64,000 nucleotides of DNA from an uncultured Acidimicrobiales bacterium. Lineage in GTDB: Bacteria > Actinomycetota > Acidimicrobiia > Acidimicrobiales > SZUA-35. Positions 1 through 11,234 of this stretch are shown here, in pieces. A program made the position numbers and the translations under genes. The notes under the pieces were generated by a model. That model did not search any database. It was not told the origin of the DNA and worked only from the letters and a program-made list of their open reading frames with translations. Where the stretch lies: the NCBI GenBank assembly GCA_963793385.1, contig CAWCAF010000037.1:15075-79074 (forward strand). Direction: 5' to 3'. Positions within the stretch are counted from its first letter, which is position 1. The number at the start of each line of letters is the position of its first letter.

Positions 1-521
1 CGGCTTCGTTGGATTTGAGATCACGCTTGCGCCATGCCGCCATGAGGTAGGCGGGAATCGAGATCAGCTCGAGGGCGATGAAGATCGACACGAGGTCGCG
101 GGCCGAGCACATGACCACCATGCCGAGGATCGACGCCGAGATCAGCTGGTAGTACTCGCTGTCGTAGTAGTCCCCTTCGGCCATGTAGTCCGTCGACAGC
201 AGGACGACCACGTACCCCGACAGGAGGAACAGGACCTTGAGCGCCAGGGAATACCGGTCGACCACGTACGCCCCGTCGAACATCACCCGGGGCAGGTCTT
301 CGGACTGGCTCCACAGTGTGAGGATCGGAATGAGGGGCACGAGGAAGGTCAAGCCGGTCAATGTGGGAATGAAGCGGCGAATCCGGTCCATGAAGACGAG
401 GTCCAGCGTGGTGACCAGGGCACCGAGACCGAGCAGCAAGCAGTTCGGGGGCGACCGCGTGCCAGTCGATGACGGGTCGGACGAAGGCCGGTTGATCGAT
501 CTGGGCGAGGAGGGTGAGCAT
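1..521 (-). CDS. nuoN: NADH-quinone oxidoreductase subunit N (cluster 1); 5' part only, runs off the window edge; frameshifted
   Basis: Starts MLTLLAQIDQPAFVRPVIDWHAVAPELL directly after nuoM. The shifted frame reads ...EGDYYDSEYYQLISASILGMVVMCSARDLVSIFIALELISIPAYLMAAWRKRD..SNEA, typical of NuoN. Confidence 0.85.
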
Positions 522-531
522 CGAGGCTCCT

Positions 532-2073
532 TTACGGGGCCGCTTGGGCGAGAGCTTGAAGGCCGTTGACCACCGCAGGATCGGTCACGCCGAAGATGAT
601 CGACGGGACGAACCCGAAGAGGAGGATCAGAACGAGCAGCGGGGTCCAGGCGATCCACTCGGTGGCGACCACGTCGTGGATGTGGGGATCGTCGGCGAAC
701 TCCTCGGTGGGAGTTCCGAAGGCGGTCCGTTGGAGGAGCCAGAGCAGATACCCGGCGGCGAACACGGTGCCGATGGCGGCGATGACCATGTACACCCTGA
801 ACAGGGTCTGGCTCACACCCTCGGCCGGGCTGTAGGCAGCCAGGATGGCCGGGAACTCGCCCCAGAAACCGGCCAGACCGGGAAGGCCGAGCGACGCCAT
901 GGTGCAGAAGCCGAGGATCCAACCCATCCGGGGGGCCTGGACGAGCAAGCCGCCGAGACGCTTGATCTCCAGGGTGTGGTACCGCTCCTTGACCGACCCG
1001 GCGACGAAGAACAACATGCCGGTGATCAGTCCGTGGGCGACCATCCCGAAGATGGCGGCGTTGAGGCCGAACGGGGTGAGCGTGGCGATGCCCAGCATGA
1101 CGTAACCCATGTGGGCGACCGACGAGAAGGCGATGAGTCGCTTCATGTCGGTCTGAGCCAGACAGGCGAGAGCGCCGTAGATGATGCCGATGACGGCCAG
1201 GAGGCCGATCCACGGGGCCCATTCGACGGCGGCCTCGGGAAGGATCGGGATGGCGATCCGGATGAACCCGTAGGTCCCCAGCTTCAGGAGGACCGCGGCG
1301 AGGATGACCGAACCCTGGGTCGGCGCCTGGGTGTGGGCGTCGGGAAGCCAGGTGTGGAACGGGAACATCGGTACCTTGATGCCGAACCCGAGGAACATGC
1401 CGCCGAAGATGAGCACCTGGGTGCTGAGGGCGATGTCCCGGGCCGCGACCTCCTGGGACAGGCCCACGATGTCGAAGGTCGAGCTTCCGGTGTTCCAGTA
1501 GAGGGCCAGGAAGCTGACCAGCATCAGCGCCGAGCCGAACAGCGTGAAGAGGAAGAACTTGATCGCCGCATACAGCCGCTGCTCGCCGCCCCAGACACCG
1601 ATCATGAAGTACATCGGCAGCAGCACGACCTCGAAGAACACGAAGAACAGGACGAGATCCTGAGCGACGAAGGTGCCGAGCATCCCGGTGTGCAGCACCA
1701 GGATGAGCATCAGGAACATCTTGGCGTTGCCGGGCTCGGGGATGTGGTTCCACGAGTAGATGACGACCAGTGGGGTGACCAGCAGCGTGAGGGCGATCAG
1801 CGGCAGGCTGATCCCGTCGATCGCCACGTGGTAGTTGGCGTTCACGACGCTGATCCAGCTCGTGTTCACGTCGAACTGAAGTGCGCTGGCGTTGTCGAAG
1901 TCGAACTCGCCGATCAGCAGGATCCCGACCGCAGCGGTGAGCAGCGTGGTGAACAGAGCGATCGCCTTGTGGCTCTCCTCGTCCGAGCTGGGGACGAACA
2001 TCATGATGACGGCCCCGGCCAGGGGCAGGAACACCATGAGGGTGATTCCCCAGTCGTTCAGAAATTCCGTCAT
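532..2073 (-). CDS. nuoM: NADH-quinone oxidoreductase subunit M (cluster 1)
   Basis: Motifs FFVFFEVVLLPMYFMIGVWG, KVPMFPFHTWLPDAHTQAPT and LLKLGTYG. Start placed at ATG 2073 (MTEFLNDWG). Confidence 0.95.
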   Translation of the reverse strand: MTEFLNDWGITLMVFLPLAGAVIMMFVPSSDEESHKAIALFTTLLTAAVGILLIGEFDFDNASALQFDVNTSWISVVNANYHVAIDGISLPLIALTLLVTPLVVIYSWNHIPEPGNAKMFLMLILVLHTGMLGTFVAQDLVLFFVFFEVVLLPMYFMIGVWGGEQRLYAAIKFFLFTLFGSALMLVSFLALYWNTGSSTFDIVGLSQEVAARDIALSTQVLIFGGMFLGFGIKVPMFPFHTWLPDAHTQAPTQGSVILAAVLLKLGTYGFIRIAIPILPEAAVEWAPWIGLLAVIGIIYGALACLAQTDMKRLIAFSSVAHMGYVMLGIATLTPFGLNAAIFGMVAHGLITGMLFFVAGSVKERYHTLEIKRLGGLLVQAPRMGWILGFCTMASLGLPGLAGFWGEFPAILAAYSPAEGVSQTLFRVYMVIAAIGTVFAAGYLLWLLQRTAFGTPTEEFADDPHIHDVVATEWIAWTPLLVLILLFGFVPSIIFGVTDPAVVNGLQALAQAAP

Positions 2074-2083
2074 ATCTCTCTCC

Positions 2084-4495
2084 CTAGACCGCCAAGATGA
2101 ACACGGCCGCCAGCAACGTGGCGGCACCGAACATGAGGCTTGCGTACTGGCGAATGCGACCGGTCTGCACCCTGCGGAGCACCTGACCGGACTCCGAGGC
2201 ACTGGTTCCCGACAGGTTCACCGCACCGTCGATCGCTCCCTGATCGATGAAGCGGTACACGAAACGACCGACTGCCGTCGATGAGCTGCCGGCGAAGTTC
2301 GACCACGACGTCGATGACGTTCTGGTTGATCCAGTAGGCCATCCGGGCGATCGGGCCCTTGATCCCGCCCACGATGATGTCGGTGTAGAGGATGGTCCAG
2401 GAAGTACTTCTGCTCGAGGAACACGTGACCGGCCCGGGCGAGACGGCTGCGGGATGCGAGCCCGTCGGTGTACTCGGTTGCGGTCGCGTCCTTGGCCGAG
2501 AGCTGCTGGTAGTAGCTCCAGGACGAACAGAGCCGAACCGATGGCGAGAAGGCTGGCGATCACGGCCAGCGCAGATTCGAGTCGCCGTGGCCGATGACGT
2601 GGAAGGTGTCGCCTCCGCCCGGGCTCCACCCATTGCTCGAACTTCAGGCCGAAGCGCTCGCCCAGCCCACCGAACCAGTCTTCCGGGAAGTTGAGGAAAC
2701 CGGTGACGACCGAGAGGCCGGCGAGCACGACGAGAGGGATCGTCATCACCTTCGGGGACTCGTGTGGTTCCACATGGCCGCGGTACTGGCCGAAGAAGAT
2801 CAGCCAGATCGCCCGGGTCATGTAGCCCGGCCGTCATCGCAGCACCGATCAGTCCCATGATCAGGAAGAGCGTGTAGCTGCCGTTGGCGTCGGTTCCGGG
2901 GAAACCGCCGGTGCCGACGAGGATCTCGTCCTTGCTCCAGAAGCCGGCGAACGGGAACAGGCCGGCCAGCGCCAGGGACCCGATCATGAACGTGGCAAAG
3001 GTGACCGGCATCTTGGTGCGCAGGCCGCCCATCTCGCTCTTGATGTCGAAGCTGTGGTGGCAGGCGTGGCTGAGCGACCCGGCGCCGAGGAACAGACAGG
3101 CCTTGAAGAAGGCGTGGGTGAACAGGTGGAACATCGCTGCGGTCCACGCCCCGACACCGAGCGCGAGCACCATGTAGCCCAGCTGGGAGACCGTCGAATA
3201 GGCGAGGATCTTCTTGATGTCACGCTGGACGAAGGCAAGGGCTCCACCACCGACGATGGTGAGTGCGCCGACGAAGGCCAGAGCGTTGAAGCTCGAGCCG
3301 GGGATGTTCATGCCCTCCCAGAAGACCGGGTAGAGGCGGGCGACCATGTAGATACCGGCGACGACCATCGTGGCGGCGTGGATCAGAGGCCGAGACCGGG
3401 GTCGGTCCGGCCATGGCATCGGGCAACCAGGTGTGGAGGATGAACTGGCCGGACTTGCTCATCACCGCGGTGAGGAGGCACAGACTGGCCACGGTCATCG
3501 ACGTCTGACTCATGTCGCCGCTGACCGCAGCGTGGTTGATCGTGAGGATGTCGAAGCTCTGGCCGGCACCGAAGAACAGCACGATCATTCCGATGAGCAG
3601 ACCGATGTCACCGACCCGGTTGGTGAGGAACGCTTTGAGGGCGGCGTCGGAGTTCGGTTGGTCCTCCCACCAGTGGCCGATCAGGGCGAACGAGCAGACA
3701 CCGACCAGTTCCCACCCGACGATCAGTTGAAGCGTCGACGTGGCGAGCCCCATGAACAGCATCGATGCGGTGAACAGACTGAGAAAGGCGTAGTAGTGGA
3801 CGTAGCGCCGGTCGCCCTTGACGTACTCGGAGCTGTAGATGTGGACGAGCAACGAGACGATCGTGACGACGACCATCAACATGATGCTCTGGCCGTCGGC
3901 GATCGTGCCGATCGTGAAGGCCAGGGTCCTGGCACCCTGCACCTCGCCGCCGGTTCCGAACGAGCCGATCTCGAACCAGTTCAGGCAGTTCACGACCGGC
4001 TCGCCCTTGATGTGTTCGCTTGCTTCGCCCTCGCCGCCCTCTTCGGAGGCGGCGTACTCGATGGTCGACACCCCCCGATCCCGAGCGCATACTCGTCGGA
4101 GGCGAACAGGTCCTGGGTGTTCTCCTCCAGATCGCAGCCCCGCAGCGACGAGTCGGCTGCGTCGCGTGCTCGCCCTCCTCGGAGTGCTCTTCTCGCTGTC
4201 GACGATCGGTGACGATCCCGCTCTGGACCGCCTCCTCGGAATGGTGGGACTGTTCGCTTTCGTATTGGGAGATCCAGGCCCCGGCGGTGGCAAGACTGAA
4301 GACCAGGCCGGCACCCACGGTTGCGATACCCAGCCAATGGACGTGGTTCTTGAACCTGTTCCCGAACAGCAGGATGAGGAAGAACGATGCCGCCGGCAAG
4401 GCCGGAATGAGCCAGATGTTGTCGAACAGCCATGACGACGGCTCGAAGGTCTCGGCAGCTGCCGCAGCGAACAATCCTGTGGAGGAAAACGACAT
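2084..4495 (-). CDS. nuoL: NADH-quinone oxidoreductase subunit L (cluster 1); several frameshifts
   Basis: Motifs spread over frames: GWELVGVCSFALIG, KAFLTNRVGD, KSGQFILHTWLPDAMAGPTPVSA, LIHAATMV, KKILAYSTVSQLGYM, HESPKVMTIPL. Confidence 0.92.
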
Positions 4496-4496
4496 G

Positions 4497-4796
4497 TCAG
4501 CCCTTCATCAGGTTCGCTTCCGCAACATCGATGCTGCGGCGGTTGCGGTAGATGAGCAGGACGATGGCGAGACCGACGCCGACTTCGGCGGCGGCAACAG
4601 CGATGACGAACAGGGCGAACACCTGTCCGGCGATATCGCTGTGGAAGGTGCCGAAGGCGACCAGGTTGATGTTGACGGCGTTGAGGATGAGCTCGACACT
4701 CATGAGGACGAGCACCCCGTTCTTGCGGGTGAGCACACCGAAGACACCGATGCAGAAGAGTGCGGCGGCGAGCAGGAGATACTGATTCAAGAGCAT
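4497..4796 (-). CDS. nuoK: NADH-quinone oxidoreductase subunit K (cluster 1)
   Basis: [17 protein letters not shown]...[14 protein letters not shown]...[11 protein letters not shown]; GGAGG RBS upstream. Confidence 0.95.
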   Translation of the reverse strand: MLLNQYLLLAAALFCIGVFGVLTRKNGVLVLMSVELILNAVNINLVAFGTFHSDIAGQVFALFVIAVAAAEVGVGLAIVLLIYRNRRSIDVAEANLMKG

Positions 4797-4807
4797 GGTG
4801 TCCTCCC

Positions 4808-5352
4808 CTAGTCCCGCCGGGCCACGACGACGGCCCCGATCAACGCTGCCAGCAGTAGTACCGACACGGCCTCGAAGGGCACGATGTAGGTACTGAACAC
4901 CGAATCGGCCACTTCGGCGGTGCGTTGTGGTTCGTACCCGACCAGTCGGGTGTCGGAGCCGAACTCCTCCCACAACGAGTAGGCCATCACGACGAACAGC
5001 AGCACCGACACGCCCAGGCCCATCCATCGCTGTTCGTAGTCGAGTTCTTCGTCGCCACCGATCTTGGCCCTGGTCAGCATCACGCCGAAGAGGAGCAGGA
5101 TCAGAATCGCACCGATGTACACGAGCACCTGGGTGATGGCGGTGAATTCGGCGCCGAGGAGTATGTAGATCGCAGCGACCGAGGCGAGGACGATCGAGCA
5201 GATAGAGAGCGGCGTGGACCACGTTGTTGGTGGTGACCATTCTAAGGGCGACCGCCGACGGCGATCACCGAGATGATCCCGAAGGCGATGTTGGCGGGGA
5301 GATCCCAGCTGTTGCCGGTCTCCTGGGCGAGGAGGAGAAGCGAGCTGATCAC
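4808..5352 (-). CDS. nuoJ: NADH-quinone oxidoreductase subunit J (cluster 1); frameshifted
   Basis: [33 protein letters not shown] and [21 protein letters not shown]. Start inferred at GTG 5352. Confidence 0.88.
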
Positions 5353-5358
5353 GCGGCC

Positions 5359-5875
5359 CTACTTCTCAGGCTCGAGAGCGGGAACCTTCTTGGCCTTGAC
5401 CTCGGCCCCCACTTCATAGGCTTCGAACTCCGGGCACCGTGGTCATCCACTTGCCGAGCTTGGACTTGTCGTGCAGGAGATCGGCGATCTTCAGCTCGGA
5501 GTACTCGTATTCGGGACTCCAGAAAAGGGCTTCGAACGGACACACCTCCACGCAGATCCCACAGTACATGCACAGCGAGAAATCGATGTCGAAACGATCG
5601 AGCTTGTTGACGCTCCGTGGTTTGCCGCCGGCCCGACGCGGTGGTGCCAGTTCCTTGTGACCCTCGATGTAGATGCACCAGTCCGGGCATTCGCGGGCGC
5701 ACAACATGCATGCGGTGCAATTGTCCTCGTGAAGAGCGATCACGCCCCGGGTACGGGGAGCCAGCTCCTCCTTCTCGTGCGGGTACTGGACGGTCTCGGC
5801 ACCCTTGACGACGGTCTTGACCATCTCCTTGAAGGTGATACCGAGACCTTGGACGACACCGGGGACCAAACCCAT
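5359..5875 (-). CDS. nuoI: NADH-quinone oxidoreductase subunit I (cluster 1); frameshift near 3' end
   Basis: [20 protein letters not shown] and [12 protein letters not shown] (two 4Fe-4S motifs). ATG overlaps the nuoH stop. Confidence 0.93.
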
Positions 5876-6962
5876 CAGAACGCTACTTTCAGGACGCCGG
5901 TGACGGCGATGTTGACCAGCGACAGCGGGATCAGCACCTTCCACGCGAACTTCTGCAGCTGATCCTCCCGGAACCGGGGGTAGGTGAACCTCACCCAGTA
6001 GATGACAAAGGTCAGGACCAGCATCTTGGTCACCATCACGATCGGACCGATCAGGTTGAACCAGTTGCTGGTCTCGTCGATGCCGAAGATGTCCATCACG
6101 AACGGCGGGATCGCCCAGCCACCGAGGAACAGGACCGAGGCGAGGAACCCGAAGACCGCGGCGGTGGCGAACTCGCCGATGAAGAACATGAGGAATCGGA
6201 ACCCGCTGTATTCGGTGAGATAGCCCGACACCAGCTCGGATTCGGCGATCGGCATGTCGAAGGGCGCCTGGGTCAGTTCCGCCTGAACGGCGATCATGAA
6301 GATGAAGAAGCCGACGAACTGGGTGAGGATGTAGGGAAGACCCAGGCCGCCGAATCCGAAGATCTCGCCGTTGATCTGCGAGTAGACGATTCCCTGGAGG
6401 CTCAGCGTTCCGGCCTGGATGACGACTCCCACGACCGCGAGCACCAGCGGGAGCTCGTAGGCGATGAGCTGACCGGCGGCACGCAGCCCACCCATGAGCG
6501 AGTACTTGGATGCGCTCGCCCAGCCGGCCATGAGAATGCCGACGACGCTGATCGAGCTGACCGCGAGCGCATAGAAGACCCCGACGCCATCGAACTGTCC
6601 GAACATCGAAGGAACCGGTGTCGAGGGACGCAAAGCCTGCTTCGGGACCGAAGGGCACGATCACGACGAGGAGGAACGTGCTGGCGAGAACGACGTAGGG
6701 CGCCAGGGCGAAGATCGTCCGGTCGGCCTTGGCCGGGAAGATGTCCTCCTTCTGGAGGTTCTTGCCGACCTCGGCGAGGAGCTGCATCGACCCGTACGGA
6801 CCGGCCTCCATCGGACCGAGGCGGGACTGCATGAACGACACCATCTTGAACAGGTACAGATAGACGGTCGTGCCCGCCGGCAACAGCACGACGGCGAGGG
6901 CGGCGACGAACCTTCACGGGCAGCTCGGCCCAGCCGAGCTCGACGGCGAGCAGCGCGTTCAA
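5875..6962 (-). CDS. nuoH: NADH-quinone oxidoreductase subunit H (cluster 1); frameshifted
   Basis: [59 protein letters not shown] and PRFREDQL. Confidence 0.92.
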
Positions 6963-8131
6963 CGGTCGATGTCCCCGAGGATGAAGTACAGGCTGGCGAG
7001 GATGGTGATGACGTCGGGGACGAAGGTGCCCTTGAGCACCCAGGGCGTGATCGACATGTTCGAGAAACTGGCCGAACGGATCTTGACCCGGAACGGCGTG
7101 AGATCACCTTTGGAGATCACGTAGTAGCCCATCTCGCCCAGGGGGTTCTCGGTCGCAACGTAGGCTTCGCCGGCCGGGACCTTGATGATCCGGGGCACTT
7201 TGGCCATGATCGGGCCCTTGGGGATCGAGTCGAGCAACTGGTCCACGATGATGCAGGACTCGCGCACCTCCTGCAGCCGCACCCATGAACGAGCGAACGC
7301 ATCGCCGTCGGGGTGGGTCCACACCTTCCAGTCGCACTGGTCGTAGACGAGTCCGTTGGGGTTGTCACGGCGAATGTCCCAGTCGACACCCGAGCCTCGG
7401 ATGTTGGCTCCCGACAGCCCGTAGCTGAGGCCCACGTCGGCGGGAATGACCCCGATGCCGCGGGTCCTGGCCTGAAAGATCTCGTTGCCGAACAGCAGAC
7501 CCTCGATCTCGTCGCAGAACGCCCGGATCTTCTTGACGGCGAGCTTGCTCTCGGCGATCCAGCCGGCGGGAAGATCATCCTTCACGCCGCCGATCCGGTC
7601 GAAGTTCGGATGGAACCGACCACCGGTTGCCGACTCGATCTGGTTGAGCATGTGTTCACGATCGCGGAATGCGTAGAACACCGGCGTCAGGGCTCCGAGC
7701 TGAACCCCGAGGTCCCCGAGGAACAGTGTCAGATGGGCCATCCGTGCCATCTCGAAGAGGATCGTGCGGATCCATTGGGCACGAGGAGGTGCTTCGACGC
7801 CCATCAGACGCTCGCAGGCCAGGATGAACGGCACCTCGTTGGCAAAGCTGCCCAACCAGTCGATGCGATTGACGAGCGTGGTCACCTGCGGGTAGGTACG
7901 CACCTCGGTCAGCTTCTCGTACCCCCGGTGCATGTAGCCCATGATCGGTTCGGCCTCGATCACCTGCTCGCCGTCGAGGCGGGCCACGATCCGCAGCGTG
8001 CCGTGGGTGGCCGGGTGTTGGGGACCGATGTTGAGGGTCATGCCCTCGGTTTCGAGCTCGAGATTGACTCTTGCCTCGGCCGCCTGGGACGCGATGTAGG
8101 CCATCTGCCGACGATCACTGACCGCGGTCAT
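6959..8131 (-). CDS. nuoD: NADH-quinone oxidoreductase subunit D (cluster 1)
   Basis: NIGPQHPATHGTLR, GYMHRGYEK, ENPLGEMG and C-terminal GDIDR. ATG 8131 lies in an ATGA overlap with the nuoC stop. Confidence 0.95.
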   Translation of the reverse strand: MTAVSDRRQMAYIASQAAEARVNLELETEGMTLNIGPQHPATHGTLRIVARLDGEQVIEAEPIMGYMHRGYEKLTEVRTYPQVTTLVNRIDWLGSFANEVPFILACERLMGVEAPPRAQWIRTILFEMARMAHLTLFLGDLGVQLGALTPVFYAFRDREHMLNQIESATGGRFHPNFDRIGGVKDDLPAGWIAESKLAVKKIRAFCDEIEGLLFGNEIFQARTRGIGVIPADVGLSYGLSGANIRGSGVDWDIRRDNPNGLVYDQCDWKVWTHPDGDAFARSWVRLQEVRESCIIVDQLLDSIPKGPIMAKVPRIIKVPAGEAYVATENPLGEMGYYVISKGDLTPFRVKIRSASFSNMSITPWVLKGTFVPDVITILASLYFILGDIDR

Positions 8132-9088
8132 GAGCCGTCTCCCTTGTCCTCTTTTGCCTTCTTGGATCTCTCGAGCAGGGCAGCGGGGATCCCGGCGATG
8201 TCGGCAGCGTCGGTTTCGGCACCGATCGGAGCCGCGGGATGGCTCGGCTGGTGTGGGCTCTTCGGCCACAGGGGCAGCTTCGGGCTCGGGAGCAGCTTCG
8301 GGCTCGGGAGCAGATTCGGCCACGGGGGCAGCTTCGGGCTCGGGAGCAGCTTCGGGCTGTGGTGCTGGGTCGACCTGCGCAGTGGGAGCTTCGGCAACTC
8401 GGGACGGGCTCAGCCTCGCAGCAACCTCGGGAACGGCCGGATTCTCGATCTCGGGCATCGGTTCGACGTCGACGATCCCGGGCCACGGCTTGATGATCCG
8501 GGCCAGCAGGGGGAAGTCCTTGCGCAGGGGATGGCCTTCGAATTCCGACGGGCAGATACAGCGGACGCAGGCCTGGATGGCCGGTGAAGTTGATGCCGAA
8601 CATCTCCCAGGTTTCCCGCTCGTGCCATTCCGCCCCGGGATAGGTGGCGACCCAGGACCCGATCGTCATGTCGTCACCGATGTCCGACTTGAGCGTGAGA
8701 CCGATGTTGGTGGTGAGGTTGAACACCCTGGCCAGGATCTGGAACCGGGTTGCACCGCCGGCCACCCCCGTCACCATCTCGTCGGAGCCTCACCATCGCC
8801 GTTGTCGCCGGGCACGGTGTCGACCACTGCGTCCATCGAACGCCCAAAGGGCGACGGCAGCCAGTCGATGGCGCTGATGAAGTCGAAGAAACGAAACCGC
8901 TGCCGCTCACGGAGGTAGGCGGCGGTGTCGCTCCAGGCTGCGGTGTCGATCCGCACGGTCAGGTCGACGCCGGGTTCGAGGTGATGTTCGACGAGCGAGT
9001 CGCCCAGTTCGGTCCGCACGGCATCGAGGAGCGCGGTGCGGGCGTGGTCGATCGCCGGTTCGACCTGGGTCTCAGCTGACGACGGCAA
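8128..9088 (-). CDS. nuoC: NADH-quinone oxidoreductase subunit C (cluster 1) with a long Pro/Glu/Ala C-terminal tail; frameshifted
   Basis: [36 protein letters not shown] and [10 protein letters not shown] across frames. Tail ends [23 protein letters not shown] at the nuoD start. Confidence 0.88.
8261..8359 (-). repeat. Intragenic tandem repeat (54-bp unit built from 18-bp subunits) encoding [16 protein letters not shown] in the NuoC tail
   Basis: ttcggccac..gggcagcttcgggctcgggagcagcttcgggct occurs at 8261 and 8315. Confidence 0.85.
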
Positions 9089-9575
9089 GAGGATCACCCT
9101 TCCACTTCTGCGCCATGTCCTCGTTCTGGATCAGTTCCTGGAGAAGGACGATTCCCTCGAGCAGTGCCTCTGGGCGCGGAGGGCAACCCGGCACGTACAC
9201 ATCGACCGGGATGATCTGGTCGACACCCTTTGTCACCGAGTAGCTGTCCCAATACGGTCCGCCGCAGTTTGCACACGATCCCATGCTGATCACGTACTTG
9301 GGCTCGGGCATCTGCTCGTACAGCCGGCGCACCGCCGGTGCCATCTTGTCCGTGACCGTTCCCGACACGCACACGAAGTCGGCCTGGCGGGGGCTGGCCG
9401 GCAGCGGGATGACCCCCAGTCGCATGACGTCATAGCGGGGTGATCCGAATGCCGCCCCCATCTCGATGGCACAACACGCCAGACCCCACTGGTAGACCCA
9501 CAGGGAGTACTTGCGGCTCAGGTTCAACAGGGTGGTGAGCGGCTTGGGGATCAACCCCGATTCGACTAGACCCAC
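9072..9575 (-). CDS. nuoB: NADH-quinone oxidoreductase subunit B (cluster 1)
   Basis: [30 protein letters not shown] and [13 protein letters not shown] 9575 follows GAGGTG. Confidence 0.95.
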   Translation of the reverse strand: MGLVESGLIPKPLTTLLNLSRKYSLWVYQWGLACCAIEMGAAFGSPRYDVMRLGVIPLPASPRQADFVCVSGTVTDKMAPAVRRLYEQMPEPKYVISMGSCANCGGPYWDSYSVTKGVDQIIPVDVYVPGCPPRPEALLEGIVLLQELIQNEDMAQKWKGDPLAVVS

Positions 9576-9609
9576 GATGTCACCTCGTCGCGAAGCTGGG
9601 AGTGAGCGT

Positions 9610-9975
9610 TCAGACCCATCGGAGCACACCTTTGCGCCAGGCGTAGGCCAAGCCGAGCGCCAGGATGAAGATGAAGATCGTCATCTCGACCAGACCGAAG
9701 AAACCAAAGGCCTCCAACCTGGCCGCCCACGGGAAGATGAAGACCGCCTCGACGTCGAACATGACGAAGAGCAGGGCGAAGATGTAGTAGCGGATCTGCG
9801 TTTGACCCCAGGCGTCGCCGACGGGATCGACGCCGGATTCGTAGTTCTCGACCTTTCCGACGCTGGGGCGACTGGGCCGGAAGACCGACGCCAGACCCAG
9901 GAACGTGGCGACGAGACCGAAAGCAGCACCACCGAAAATGGCTACCAGCAGGTACTGGCGCAGGAACTCGGACAC
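9610..9975 (-). CDS. nuoA: NADH-quinone oxidoreductase subunit A (cluster 1)
   Basis: YESGVDP and [24 protein letters not shown]. Start placed at GTG 9975 (MSEFLRQY). Confidence 0.95.
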   Translation of the reverse strand: MSEFLRQYLLVAIFGGAAFGLVATFLGLASVFRPSRPSVGKVENYESGVDPVGDAWGQTQIRYYIFALLFVMFDVEAVFIFPWAARLEAFGFFGLVEMTIFIFILALGLAYAWRKGVLRWV

Positions 9976-9983
9976 GGCCGTAG

Positions 9984-9989
9984 AGCGTA
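9984..9989 (-). promoter_or_regulatory. Putative -10 hexamer TACGCT, leaderless promoter of the cluster-1 nuo operon
   Basis: TANNNT 8 nt upstream of the nuoA GTG, with no SD between. Confidence 0.55.
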
Positions 9990-10203
9990 GCTCCCAGCGG
10001 GGCGCGTACCCAAGATTCGTTGCACACCTGTCGGGTGAGTCGGCTGGCGTGGGTCGATGGCGAAGCTCACCCGAACTAGCGGAGGCCATGTTGGGGTCGC
10101 ACACGGGCCGAGACGTCGCACGTCGCGACGACTCCGCTCACGGGGCGAACATGGGCATTTTGACCCATCCGGGTGACCATCTGAACGTGCCGAAGATCCA
10201 AAG

Positions 10204-11220
10204 GTGAGGTTGTCGAAGCTTGTTCGTACGATCGGCGTCGCCGTTCTGGTGATCACGGGATCGACGCTTCTTCCGATCTCGCACCGCTTCGGCCAGCGCC
10301 GGCTTCTTCGAAGGTTCGGTCGTCCGTGCCCACGACGCCGAGGTGGAGTTGCTCGACACCATCAACCGGCTCCGTGGCGAGGTGTACGGCCTCGACGCGC
10401 TCGACGATCGGGACTGGGGCCAGTTCGAGGACTACCTCGAATGCATCGCCGTGGAAAACGCCGCCAACGCCAGGCTGGCCCACTATCCCGCATCCTGCGA
10501 CCAGGGCGCGGTGGAGGCCGAAATCCTCGCCGCCCGCTACTCGAGCCTGTCGGGGGGAAGTATCAACGCACTCGTCGAGCAGTGGAACGACTCGACCGGA
10601 CACCGCCAGATCATGCTGGCCACCGATGCCGACTACGCCCATGTCGGCGTCTACTGCATCGGCAACACATCCTGGGCGATCGCCTGGATCGGCAGGACCG
10701 ACGGGTACGTCTCACCGAACCGGACACCGCCACAGAACCCGGGACAGCTCGTTCTTCGTCGACGACGACTACCGGTGCCGCGACAGTGCTCCGGTGCCGG
10801 TCAACGACCCGCTGAGCGACTACCAACCGGCCGAGAGCCTCGAGGCCCTCGTCAACCGCTGCCGAGTTCAGTGACCTCGACGCCGATGTGCTGCGCCTCT
10901 ACCGTGCGTTCTTCCAGCGGGACCCCGACATCGACGGCGCCAACTACTGGCTCGAACGGTCGAGACGGGGCTTGTCGATCGACGAGATCAGCTACAGCTT
11001 CGCCGCCAGCGAGGAGTTCGACAACACCTACGGCAGCGTCGACAACCGCCAGTACCTGGAGATCCTCTATGGCAACGTCCACGGCCGAGCCACGGATCCG
11101 GCCGGCGTCGACTACTGGCTGGCCGCCCTGGAGGACGGCCGGCTGAGCCGCGGCGGCGTGGTCCGCTGGATCGCGGCCGGTGAGGAGTTCGAGCGCAACA
11201 ACCCCTATGGCGGGCGCTGA
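10204..11220 (+). CDS. Secreted CAP/SCP-domain protein with C-terminal DUF4214-like domain; frameshifted
   Basis: Signal-peptide-like N-terminus. CAP-like ELLDTINRLR...QWNDSTGHRQIML...HVGV. DUF4214-like RLYRAFFQRDPDIDGANYW...FAASEEF. Confidence 0.72.
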
Positions 11221-11234
11221 TCGGACCGAGCGGC

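Noticed and set aside
6959-8458. 499-aa ORF suggesting NuoD with a Pro/Glu-rich N-terminal extension
   Set aside because: The extension is the frameshifted NuoC tail. The ATGA overlap at 8128-8131 marks the real boundary.
1-9975. Cluster 1 as a group 4 [NiFe]-hydrogenase, or as an assembly duplicate of cluster 2
   Set aside because: NuoD lacks the Ni-binding CxxC motifs and ends GDIDR. The subunits are strongly divergent from cluster 2 and the gene content differs.
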